Of a stretch of DNA of 54,065 nt, positions 46,418-54,065 are shown piece by piece. The position numbers were made by a program, and so were the translations under genes. This stretch comes from Candidatus Woesearchaeota archaeon (GTDB taxonomy: Archaea > Nanobdellota > Nanobdellia > Woesearchaeales > JAIPIC01). Each line of letters begins with the position of its first letter. Positions within the stretch are counted from its first letter, which is position 1. The stretch spans positions 1-54,065 of the forward strand of contig JAIPIC010000003.1 in NCBI GenBank assembly GCA_021734865.1, written 5' to 3'. The notes below the pieces were generated by a model that was given only the letters and a program-made list of their open reading frames with translations, was not told the DNA's origin and searched no databases.

Positions 46418-48283
46418 ATGGCGAAAATTCCTCTCTCTTATACCGAAGACTTAAAAATAGTTAGTGTCAAAAATCATGGTCTGGGAATTGAAGAGATTTG
46501 TGTGACAAAGAAACTGGACACAAGGCTGTTTGATTATTATAAAAATGCATTTAGGGAAGGTTTTGGTCATGTTGATCTTAGAAGCCGAATTGCAAGACTA
46601 GGTAGAGATCTGGAGATTATTGAAGGGCCGGATACCGATGGCTTATGTAAGATTTCATTCACAGCAATCCTATCCCCTTTCATGGACGATTACCTTCTTG
46701 GAACGAAAGAGGATAACATATGTTATCAGGGATTTGAGGTTTCAAAATACGTAGCTTTTGATCCAAATATGAGAGTAAGTCTACCAGAACTTAAAGCAAA
46801 GATTGAGGAAGGGTCAGTCAAGCTTCCGAAGGGTTCTGTTGTGCTTCCAAATGGTGATATAAAAATTGCTCTTCAATACCAGCATAAAGCTGCCAGGGAA
46901 ATGCTTATTCCTCATGTTATTTATGATGCACTGCATAAATACTCAAGAGATAAACTGATACTTCTGCAACCCAGGGATAAAGCAACCCCTGATATTAAAG
47001 TGCCAGCAGAAGCAGGAGTAATTGCATCAACAACGCTTAGGATTAACAATTACTCTTTAGAAATTTTGATCGACCAAGAAGATGGTGTGAAGCACACAAT
47101 GGCCCATCACGTTCAACCGCACTCTTGCTCAGAACTAGTCGTAGAATTAAAAGGAAATGGAAAACATCCAGTTAAGCAGACTCATGTTTTAGGACGATTA
47201 TACAAAAATAGCCTGACTGAGTCATCATCCTACATAAGCCGCCCTAGACAATCCATATCTACAGATGAGATGAAGTGGATAAGAGATAAGAAAAGCCCTG
47301 ACATCTTTGTTTTTAAGGAAACTCTCAAGGGGCTTGAAATGGACTCAGTCTATATACCTGGAGATCAGGACAGCCTAAAAGAATTCCAGCGAAATGTGAT
47401 TAAATTCATTACAAGAGGAGAACCCATATATTTTAACAAATTTCCAGCAGAAGAATATGTCAATATTCTTGCTTCACAAGCTAGGCTGGTGCGACCTTTC
47501 TCAATATGCTTTCGTGACGCACCCGACATAGGTACTCAGGCATTTGACAGCAGGGATTATGATAATCTAGTAACATTAGCAAATGCAGGTGTTAGGGTCT
47601 ACTGGGATCACCCTCAGAAAGGCGAGAAACTAGTTTTTTATGAAGAGCCTTTCCTGGCCGAAAATGATGTAAAAAGATATAAGAGAGCAAAATCATCCAA
47701 TAGTATTGTATCATACTTTGGATCAGCAGAAGTTTGCAGTACTGACCATGAGAAAGCAATCACGTCTGCTCTTGAAGGAATAGCCAAGTTTACGGCTGGT
47801 AATGGTGTATTGTATACAGGAGGAGGTCCCAATAAGATGTCTGCAGCAGGTGAGATTGCCCATGATTTGGGAATGTTGGTCCTGACGATGAATCTTGTTA
47901 AGCCAAATGTGAAACAATCGTTCTTTGATGGTGGTGTACCTTTTAATGATGAGAGCATCGATAGAAGACAGCCATCAATGATTGGACCAAGTTCAATATA
48001 CTTGACTGATGAAGGTGGAGTGGGTACAGGATTTGAACTTTATCAAGTACTGACAGCTGCCAAGATTGAACGTTTTTATAAGCCAATTCTGGTAATTGCA
48101 CATGAGGGCACAATGACGTATAAGCTTGCAAGAGCACTTGATACAGGGATCAATATTGATAAGACAGTTCCTGGCTACATAAATGACAGGCTTCATTTTT
48201 GCACTGGATCCCAGGTATATGATGCACTAATGAATCATTTTAGGTTTGCAACTCCTGATCAGGTACTGAAAGTTGGTCGGTGA
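46418..48283 (+). CDS. Long LOG/SLOG-family protein with N-terminal dCTP-deaminase/dUTPase-like region
   Basis: C-terminal YFGSA, TGGGP..M, R...M, EGGVGTGFE, KPI; N-terminal LRSRIARLG. Confidence 0.7.
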   Translation: MAKIPLSYTEDLKIVSVKNHGLGIEEICVTKKLDTRLFDYYKNAFREGFGHVDLRSRIARLGRDLEIIEGPDTDGLCKISFTAILSPFMDDYLLGTKEDNICYQGFEVSKYVAFDPNMRVSLPELKAKIEEGSVKLPKGSVVLPNGDIKIALQYQHKAAREMLIPHVIYDALHKYSRDKLILLQPRDKATPDIKVPAEAGVIASTTLRINNYSLEILIDQEDGVKHTMAHHVQPHSCSELVVELKGNGKHPVKQTHVLGRLYKNSLTESSSYISRPRQSISTDEMKWIRDKKSPDIFVFKETLKGLEMDSVYIPGDQDSLKEFQRNVIKFITRGEPIYFNKFPAEEYVNILASQARLVRPFSICFRDAPDIGTQAFDSRDYDNLVTLANAGVRVYWDHPQKGEKLVFYEEPFLAENDVKRYKRAKSSNSIVSYFGSAEVCSTDHEKAITSALEGIAKFTAGNGVLYTGGGPNKMSAAGEIAHDLGMLVLTMNLVKPNVKQSFFDGGVPFNDESIDRRQPSMIGPSSIYLTDEGGVGTGFELYQVLTAAKIERFYKPILVIAHEGTMTYKLARALDTGINIDKTVPGYINDRLHFCTGSQVYDALMNHFRFATPDQVLKVGR

Positions 48284-48324
48284 TTAGGAGTAAAACATAT
48301 TAAAGTCTGAATTAATTTAAACAT

Positions 48325-48738
48325 ATGAACAATTCAAAAACACATAAAATTGTCCTGATGGACACAAACTTCTTATTATTACCTGCTCAGTTTGGTGTGG
48401 ATATATTCTCAGAAATGCAGAGATTACTTTCCAATTATAGTCTAGCAATAGTGGATAAGACCCTTGTTGAACTGGATCGCATAATTGAAAAAGGGACCCA
48501 AAACGACAAAACTGCAGCAAAAATTGCCCGAAAAATGCTTACAATGCATGAACATATAACCATCCCGACAGGAGATGGCCATGTCGATGATCTCATCGTT
48601 GAATATATTTACAATCAATACCAAAATGGAGTTGACACAGTGTTGGCAACACAAGATCGTGACCTAAGAAGAAGAGCAAAACCTTATTCTGGTCTTATTG
48701 CAATGAGACAAAAGAATCACCTGGAAATAATAAAGTGA
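48325..48738 (+). CDS. PIN-domain protein (Fcf1/VapC9-like)
   Basis: MDTNFL, VDIF.E, EL, VDD.I, ATQD.DL. Confidence 0.88.
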   Translation: MNNSKTHKIVLMDTNFLLLPAQFGVDIFSEMQRLLSNYSLAIVDKTLVELDRIIEKGTQNDKTAAKIARKMLTMHEHITIPTGDGHVDDLIVEYIYNQYQNGVDTVLATQDRDLRRRAKPYSGLIAMRQKNHLEIIK

Positions 48739-48803
48739 TTTGATTTTTGTGACAATATTTTTGTGACAATATTTATATAATTGTTTGTTCTTAAATCATA
48801 TTC

Positions 48804-50513
48804 ATGAAATATATCATGGACTGTATATTAGCCATTATGACAATACTGCTCCTTGTTGGTTGTCAGTCATCAGATGATATAACCAATCAATCAGACTGTG
48901 TACCAAAATGCATTGAATCTGGTAAAACACCAGGTGATTGTATCAAACAATGTGAGACCCTCCAGAATATTTCTGAAGATCGTCATGGAGAATCCAATAA
49001 ACCTACTCAAATTAAAGAGTCACAGGATGCCTTGGGCAATGATCAAACCCAGCAAAAATGTGGCGATGGTGTATGTGATCAAATTGAAAAAGCAAACAAT
49101 GTATGCCCTAAGGATTGTTCAGGAGAACTGCCTGGCACCGAACAACAAAATGAAAACCAGCCAAATGCTAATCAGCCTGGAATCAACCCCAAAGAAAAAG
49201 ATACTTCAGGAAATATACAACCAGGAGTTGACCAATCAGGAGTTCAGTATCCTAGTGATAAACCAGATATTGAAACAGATTATGATTTTCCAGATATTCA
49301 GTACACAAATGATGGCCTATTTGCATTTTCACTTGGCACCGACCCTGCTGATGAAGAGAAAAATATGGATGTAGCGTCTGAACTTGATGCTGATTGGGTC
49401 AGAATTTCTGGACCGACAGGCTTGGTTTGGGGTCATGTAGAGAAAGAAAAAGGAATCTATGACTGGACACAGATTGATCCCTATGTCTCAATCCCTTATT
49501 CAAAGGGACTAAAAGTACTGATGACAGTTCTTGTAGTGAATGAATACTATGGTGTTGAGTATGGCTATAAACCAACAGATATGGAAGCATATAAAAAATT
49601 CATCCAGGCAGCAGCAGAAAGATATGATGGTGATGGAATAAATGATGCACCAGGAAGTCCAGTAGTCAGTGTCTGGCAGATAGGAAACGAATGTGATCTA
49701 AATGGATGTGCAGGTGGTCTTGCTGACTATGCTGAAATACTTAAAGCATCATTTGAAGCAATAAAACTCGCTAATGAAGATATAAAGGTAGCAATTAGTG
49801 GAATCTCTGGTCCTCCAGGATTACAGGACTATTCACAATTATTGGATTCAATGGATTCACAATATTTTGATATATTTGATATACATTGGCATTCAAGTCA
49901 AGGTGGAAATTACCTAACTCATCCTATTCACCCAAATAAGGACGATGATTTCACAGACTACATTGCAGGAACTATTAATCTGCTAAAAAAACACAATTTT
50001 AAGATTTCTGATATTTGGATTACAGAAATGTCAACAAGCGACAGATCTCCTACCACACAGACAGAGGAGATTCAAGCCATAGACTTGGTTAAGCGATATG
50101 TCTATTCTGCTTCAAAAGGCATTGATGCCATATTCTGGGGATCATTGTATGATCAGCCATGGAAGAATTCAGACACCAATTATTTTGCCACTATTGGCTT
50201 GATAGGACCAGATGGCAATCAGAAAATGGCATATGATTCATATAGGATAATGGTTGAAAACCTAAAAGGAACAAAGTCAGTTAAGACAGTCTATGAGGGA
50301 GATGTGAACATCTATCAAATAGATACTGAAAAGGGCTATGTCTGGGTCGTATGGGCAGATTCTTCACCACAGGAGACAGATTTATCATTAAATGATCTTA
50401 CAGGTGAGATAACCATCATTAATTCAATAACTGGTGAAGAGACACAAAATAACCTTTCTGGGAGTTTCTTATCTCTTACATTAGGCGAGGAACCGGTCTA
50501 TATTTTTCAGTAA
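48804..50513 (+). CDS. Secreted lipoprotein, clan GH-A glycoside hydrolase-like (GH39/GH5-like)
   Basis: LVGC lipobox, CGDGVC..EK...CPKDC module, Q/P/N-rich linker, ERYDGDG..DAPG, WQIGNE, DIH, WITE. Confidence 0.8.
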   Translation: MKYIMDCILAIMTILLLVGCQSSDDITNQSDCVPKCIESGKTPGDCIKQCETLQNISEDRHGESNKPTQIKESQDALGNDQTQQKCGDGVCDQIEKANNVCPKDCSGELPGTEQQNENQPNANQPGINPKEKDTSGNIQPGVDQSGVQYPSDKPDIETDYDFPDIQYTNDGLFAFSLGTDPADEEKNMDVASELDADWVRISGPTGLVWGHVEKEKGIYDWTQIDPYVSIPYSKGLKVLMTVLVVNEYYGVEYGYKPTDMEAYKKFIQAAAERYDGDGINDAPGSPVVSVWQIGNECDLNGCAGGLADYAEILKASFEAIKLANEDIKVAISGISGPPGLQDYSQLLDSMDSQYFDIFDIHWHSSQGGNYLTHPIHPNKDDDFTDYIAGTINLLKKHNFKISDIWITEMSTSDRSPTTQTEEIQAIDLVKRYVYSASKGIDAIFWGSLYDQPWKNSDTNYFATIGLIGPDGNQKMAYDSYRIMVENLKGTKSVKTVYEGDVNIYQIDTEKGYVWVVWADSSPQETDLSLNDLTGEITIINSITGEETQNNLSGSFLSLTLGEEPVYIFQ

Positions 50514-50775
50514 TACATATTATCAATAATACATGTGATGTAATTGGCTGGGGTCAAGCAGTATTTCAGACTACAACTCCACAACATGGTGCATCTTGTT
50601 ATAGTTGCGTGCCAAATAATAATTAGAAAACACTTAAAAATTAAGATGCATTTGCGATTACACTGGCCATTATGGATACTGAAATCAGTGGAGTTTATAC
50701 CAAAACCTTTTTAAATGAACTTAATCTCCGTTGTTTGATTAGTATATAACTGGTCTTACTCTTGGGGAGGTTAGA

Positions 50776-51324
50776 ATGTTTTACAAAGTAAAAGTCAATG
50801 ATCATATCAGAGTCGAACCAAAGCTGTTCGGACTTAAAGTAGAAGAATCTGTCACAAAAAAAATCAAAGAGAAGTATGAAGGTTACATCTCACAAGATCT
50901 TGGAATAGTAGTTGATTTAATCGACTTACTGAAGATCAAAGAGGGGACCATTATACCCGGTGATGGAGCATCATATTTTGAAACTGAGTTTGAGCTTCTA
51001 ACTTATGAACCTGAACTTCAGGAAGTGACTTTAGGAAGAGTCAAGGATGTATCTGATTTTGGTGTATTCATGACAATCGGACCTATTGAGGGTATGATAC
51101 ACATCTCACAAACAATGGATGACTTTGTATCTTTTAGCAAGGATAAGGTGCTTGCAGGGAAAGAATCAAAGAGAGTTCTGAAGGTTGGAGACAAGTGCAA
51201 AGCGAGAATAATCGCTGTGAGCTACAAGGATATATCAAACCCAAAGATTGGACTAACTATGAGACAGCAAGGCCTTGGTAAGCTTGAATGGCTTGAAGAG
51301 GCAGAAACAAAGGTTAAGAAATAA
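50776..51324 (+). CDS. rpoE1: RNA polymerase subunit Rpo7 (E')
   Basis: IIPGDG, FGVF..IGP.EG..HISQ..DD, KIGLTMRQ.GLGK.EW. Confidence 0.96.
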   Translation: MFYKVKVNDHIRVEPKLFGLKVEESVTKKIKEKYEGYISQDLGIVVDLIDLLKIKEGTIIPGDGASYFETEFELLTYEPELQEVTLGRVKDVSDFGVFMTIGPIEGMIHISQTMDDFVSFSKDKVLAGKESKRVLKVGDKCKARIIAVSYKDISNPKIGLTMRQQGLGKLEWLEEAETKVKK

Positions 51325-51325
51325 A

Positions 51326-51514
51326 ATGGCAAAGAAAAAAGTGTGCAAGGACTGTAAATCTTTCGTTGAAGGAGGCGAATGCCCTGTATGCAAATCCCAC
51401 AATCTGACAGAAAGCTGGCAGGGAAGGATAACTATAATTGACGCGGAGAATTCTGAGATCGCCAAGAGATTAGAAGTAAAGAAATCCGGCGAGTATGCAA
51501 TCAAGGTGAGATAA
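51326..51514 (+). CDS. spt4: Transcription elongation factor Spt4 (RpoE'')
   Basis: CKDC, CPVC, W.G...I.D.E.SEIA, G.YAIKVR. Confidence 0.94.
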   Translation: MAKKKVCKDCKSFVEGGECPVCKSHNLTESWQGRITIIDAENSEIAKRLEVKKSGEYAIKVR

Positions 51515-51904
51515 ATGGATTTTAAAGTAATATCAGAAAAAGATAATTCCATGCTAAATCGGAAAGAATTGATAGCTGAGATAATCTTTGATGCAAAAAC
51601 ACCATCAAGAGCACAGCTTGTTGATAAAGTGGCTGAAGCAGTTAAGGCTGACCGTAAGCTGATAATCGTTAAGAAGATTGACATGAAATTTGGTCAGAGA
51701 AAAGCGACTATTACAATCAGAATATATAAAAATAAAGAATTGCTTGACAGATATGAGGATAATATCAGGGCAGTTTCTGAGGAAAAAGCAGCTTCTGAGG
51801 ACAAAACTTCTGAAGATAAAAATCCAGAATCGACTGCTGAAAAATCAGCTGAACCTGAAACTCCTTCTGAAGAGTCAAAAGAAACAGCAAAGAAAGCTGA
51901 GTGA
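51515..51904 (+). CDS. rps24e: 30S ribosomal protein S24e with acidic C-terminal tail
   Basis: N.ML.RKE, TPSR, FG; position in the operon. Confidence 0.9.
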   Translation: MDFKVISEKDNSMLNRKELIAEIIFDAKTPSRAQLVDKVAEAVKADRKLIIVKKIDMKFGQRKATITIRIYKNKELLDRYEDNIRAVSEEKAASEDKTSEDKNPESTAEKSAEPETPSEESKETAKKAE

Positions 51905-51909
51905 TTACA

Positions 51910-52092
51910 ATGGCTAAGAAAAAAGAAAGAAAAAACAAGACTCCAAGCAAAAGATATGCACTCTATGAGAAGAAGGGCGATGTTCTTGAAAGAAAGAATA
52001 CGTTCTGCCCAAAATGTGGTGCTGGATATTTCATGGCCCGACATAAAGACCGACTTACTTGTGGGAAGTGCGGTTATATGGAGAAGAACTGA
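51910..52092 (+). CDS. rps27ae: 30S ribosomal protein S27ae
   Basis: CPKCG.G.FMA.H.DR..CGKCGY. Confidence 0.95.
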   Translation: MAKKKERKNKTPSKRYALYEKKGDVLERKNTFCPKCGAGYFMARHKDRLTCGKCGYMEKN

Positions 52093-52549
52093 GAAGTTCA
52101 GCTTTGTTGCTGTCTGCCAGAAAATCCTCTCTTTTTATTTCTTTTGTGATGTAATAAACATCCTTTTTTTCTACTAAAAATCTTTTCTCGATTTTCTCAC
52201 AGAAATCTTCAAGTTCCAGAATGTCTCGAAAAATTCCTTCGAGCATATAATCATAGCCATTATTGATTCTTAGCACGCTATTAATCTGAAAACATTTATT
52301 AAAAAAGTCTCCTGCTGCATCTCTATCTTCAAACTTGACCTTAATTAGTATATGGACTCTTACATGAAACCCAAGAGCGCTGAAGTCAAGTAGGCAGGTA
52401 TGCTTACGGATCACATTGCCTTCCTGTTCCTTTATTTTTTCAAATATGGTCGATACAGGGATTTGGGTCTTTCTCGACATGCTTGAAAGTTTCTCCCTTG
52501 CATTTTTCCTTAATCTGCTTAAAATGAGCAGTTCTTTGTCTGATACCAT
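52055..52549 (-). CDS. Lrp/AsnC family transcriptional regulator
   Basis: LR.NARE.LS.MSRKT.IPVST wHTH; LLDF..LGF; INNG.D. Confidence 0.88.
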   Translation of the reverse strand: MVSDKELLILSRLRKNAREKLSSMSRKTQIPVSTIFEKIKEQEGNVIRKHTCLLDFSALGFHVRVHILIKVKFEDRDAAGDFFNKCFQINSVLRINNGYDYMLEGIFRDILELEDFCEKIEKRFLVEKKDVYYITKEIKREDFLADSNKAELLSSSPYNRTSHK

Positions 52550-52736
52550 TTGAAAACCTCTAAAGCACATCCATTTATTGAACTTGCATGTGTGTTTTAT
52601 GAGTTTATTTTACATTTTACGAGATTTTGGGATTTTTTTGAATTTATTTATCACCCTTAAGTTACTAAAAGTAAACGCTAACATATTTATATAACTTCCT
52701 TATATAGTATATATTAATATCCAATTGTTATATAAC

Positions 52737-53648
52737 ATGGTAGGAAAAACCTTCAGGAGAAAGCTGGTCAGACAGGGTAGGAATGCGTTAACTATAACTC
52801 TTCCATCGGAGTGGACAAAGCAGAATAAGCTCTCGCAGGGCTGCGAGGTGGAGCTTACATTATCTGATGTTGGACTGACAATTGGTACATTTCAACCAGA
52901 AAAAAATGAGATTGCAGTAACATTGAGTACAGACAATGAGAAATACATATCTCATGTTATTAGGAATATGTATTACATCGGATATACAAGAATAAGCCTG
53001 ACCTTAAGAAAAAAATCGATCAATGCGATAAGCAAGGTTGTTAGCAGATGCATGGGATACGAAATTGTTGAACAAAGTAACTCCCACTGCATAATTTCTA
53101 TGGTATCATCACCTAAAGAGTACGCAACAGTTGAAAAAAGGCTCTTCACACTCATGCAAAGCTTTCTCAGAATCGTTTCTGACGACATGAATAAACGGGA
53201 TTTAGACATACAAAAAACAAGCGATATTGTTCACAATATTATCAGATATGCCAGCTATTGCAGACGGTTGGCATCTGATTCAGGTTCATGTGGTAAGAAG
53301 GAATCTGTCTTGAGGAATATCATTTACTTAAGAATATCACATATTGCGGGAAATGTAAAGTACCTGATAGAAAACATGACTAAGAGTGACGGAACCGAAA
53401 GGAAAAAAACATTAGACCGTACAACTGAAATCTTTGACATGATCACATCAGGATTTGACCAAGTATACAAAGGTTTTTTCAATCATGATCCTAAAGCCAT
53501 AGAATCAATGTATGATATAACAGAAAGATGCTTTGATCAACTTGGGAGAAAAACTAGCTATTATCTAAGAGATATTGTCAGATCACTTGAAGGCGTTGGA
53601 GCAGTAGTCTATGTTTATGCACTTCAGAAAACATCTGCAGGAAAGTAA
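52737..53648 (+). CDS. AbrB/MazE-domain PhoU-like regulator
   Basis: RKLV.QG...LT.TLP.EW.K...L..G.EV; Y..GY..I; G.EIVEQ. Confidence 0.82.
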   Translation: MVGKTFRRKLVRQGRNALTITLPSEWTKQNKLSQGCEVELTLSDVGLTIGTFQPEKNEIAVTLSTDNEKYISHVIRNMYYIGYTRISLTLRKKSINAISKVVSRCMGYEIVEQSNSHCIISMVSSPKEYATVEKRLFTLMQSFLRIVSDDMNKRDLDIQKTSDIVHNIIRYASYCRRLASDSGSCGKKESVLRNIIYLRISHIAGNVKYLIENMTKSDGTERKKTLDRTTEIFDMITSGFDQVYKGFFNHDPKAIESMYDITERCFDQLGRKTSYYLRDIVRSLEGVGAVVYVYALQKTSAGK

Positions 53649-53855
53649 ATTGTCCTTACTACCAGATATATAAAAAATAATATTATCAGGATTAATCCAT
53701 GATTCTTATTTATCCTTGAAAATTTATAGAACAATCCCAACAATATCAATGCAGTAAAAATCTTGAATGGCAAATCATAGACTAATATTACAGCAGGAAC
53801 GCTATAGCTGGATATAAATGCTCCAATCCCAAGGCAGAGCATTGGATTTGTTATT
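53624..53855 (-). pseudogene. 3' fragment of a Na+/Ca2+ (YrbG-like) antiporter, cut by the hairpin repeat
   Basis: ITNPMLCLGIGA (alpha-2 repeat missing its GSN start), DLP, G..L...F..Y; the upstream sequence is repeat DNA. Confidence 0.7.
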
Positions 53856-54065
53856 GAAAATCTCGCTTGCGAGGGTTTCATTGGGATTCACATACCCCGC
53901 ACTTTAGTGCGAGATTTTCAATACAGAGAAATGCATATGCATTTCTTGTACAAAAAATGTACCATTTTTCCGTACTGATAATTGCGATTATCAGTTCCAA
54001 AAACTGCTCACACGAGTCCATACTCGTATGTGCAGTTTTCTGTTACCAAAAATTGCCTATGGATT
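53852..54065. repeat. Modular hairpin-array repeat, copy C (left-hand part, runs off the window)
   Basis: 15-bp inverted repeat 53852-53866/53909-53923; CGCAC-ttta-GTGCG; AGAAATGCATATGCATTTCT; ACTGATAAT-tgcg-ATTATCAGT; homologous to copies A and B. Confidence 0.9.

Noticed and set aside
50535-50695. Possible structured RNA upstream of rpoE1 (TGCATCTT/AAGATGCA, ACTCCA/TGGAGT)
   Set aside because: Only short complementarities that do not nest into one consistent fold; compatible with chance.
1-54065. Whole window as a plasmid or virus because of terminal identity
   Set aside because: Carries core chromosomal genes (gatCAB, rpoE1, ribosomal proteins, topA) and no replication, capsid or integrase genes; the overlap lies within a multicopy repeat.

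Overview
AT-rich chromosomal segment of an archaeon. Evidence: rpoE1-spt4-rps24e-rps27ae, NreA, a DRG GTPase, class III signal-peptide pilins, GAGGTGA ribosome-binding sites and TTTATATA-type TATA boxes. Gene content and style suggest a DPANN lineage, most likely Woesearchaeota-like (inference). It carries housekeeping genes (gatCAB, topA, uppP, dxs), a pilin-like/surface-protein cluster and an MCP-CheW pair. A ~12.5 kb nickel/hydrogenase island holds hypF, nikR, an ECF Ni/Co transporter, hypBAEDC, a maturation protease, a cytoplasmic group-2-like [NiFe]-hydrogenase and an unannotated 54-aa first gene. There is also a glutamate-cysteine-ligase-like plus RimK-like ATP-grasp pair, selU/mnmH and a long LOG-domain fusion. 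Non-coding highlights: (i) a modular repeat family built from 'nTAC + hairpin' units, present three times (1-183, ~27680-28025, ~53852-54065), with compensatory stem changes and whole-hairpin gain/loss between copies; one copy truncates a Na+/Ca2+ antiporter gene; (ii) a 141-bp IS1-like MITE with 23-bp TIRs and a 9-bp target duplication in front of topA; (iii) a candidate NikR operator. The first and last 67 nt of the window are identical and lie inside repeat (i). No rRNA, tRNA or CRISPR array was seen. All family assignments come from motif recognition by eye, not database searches.
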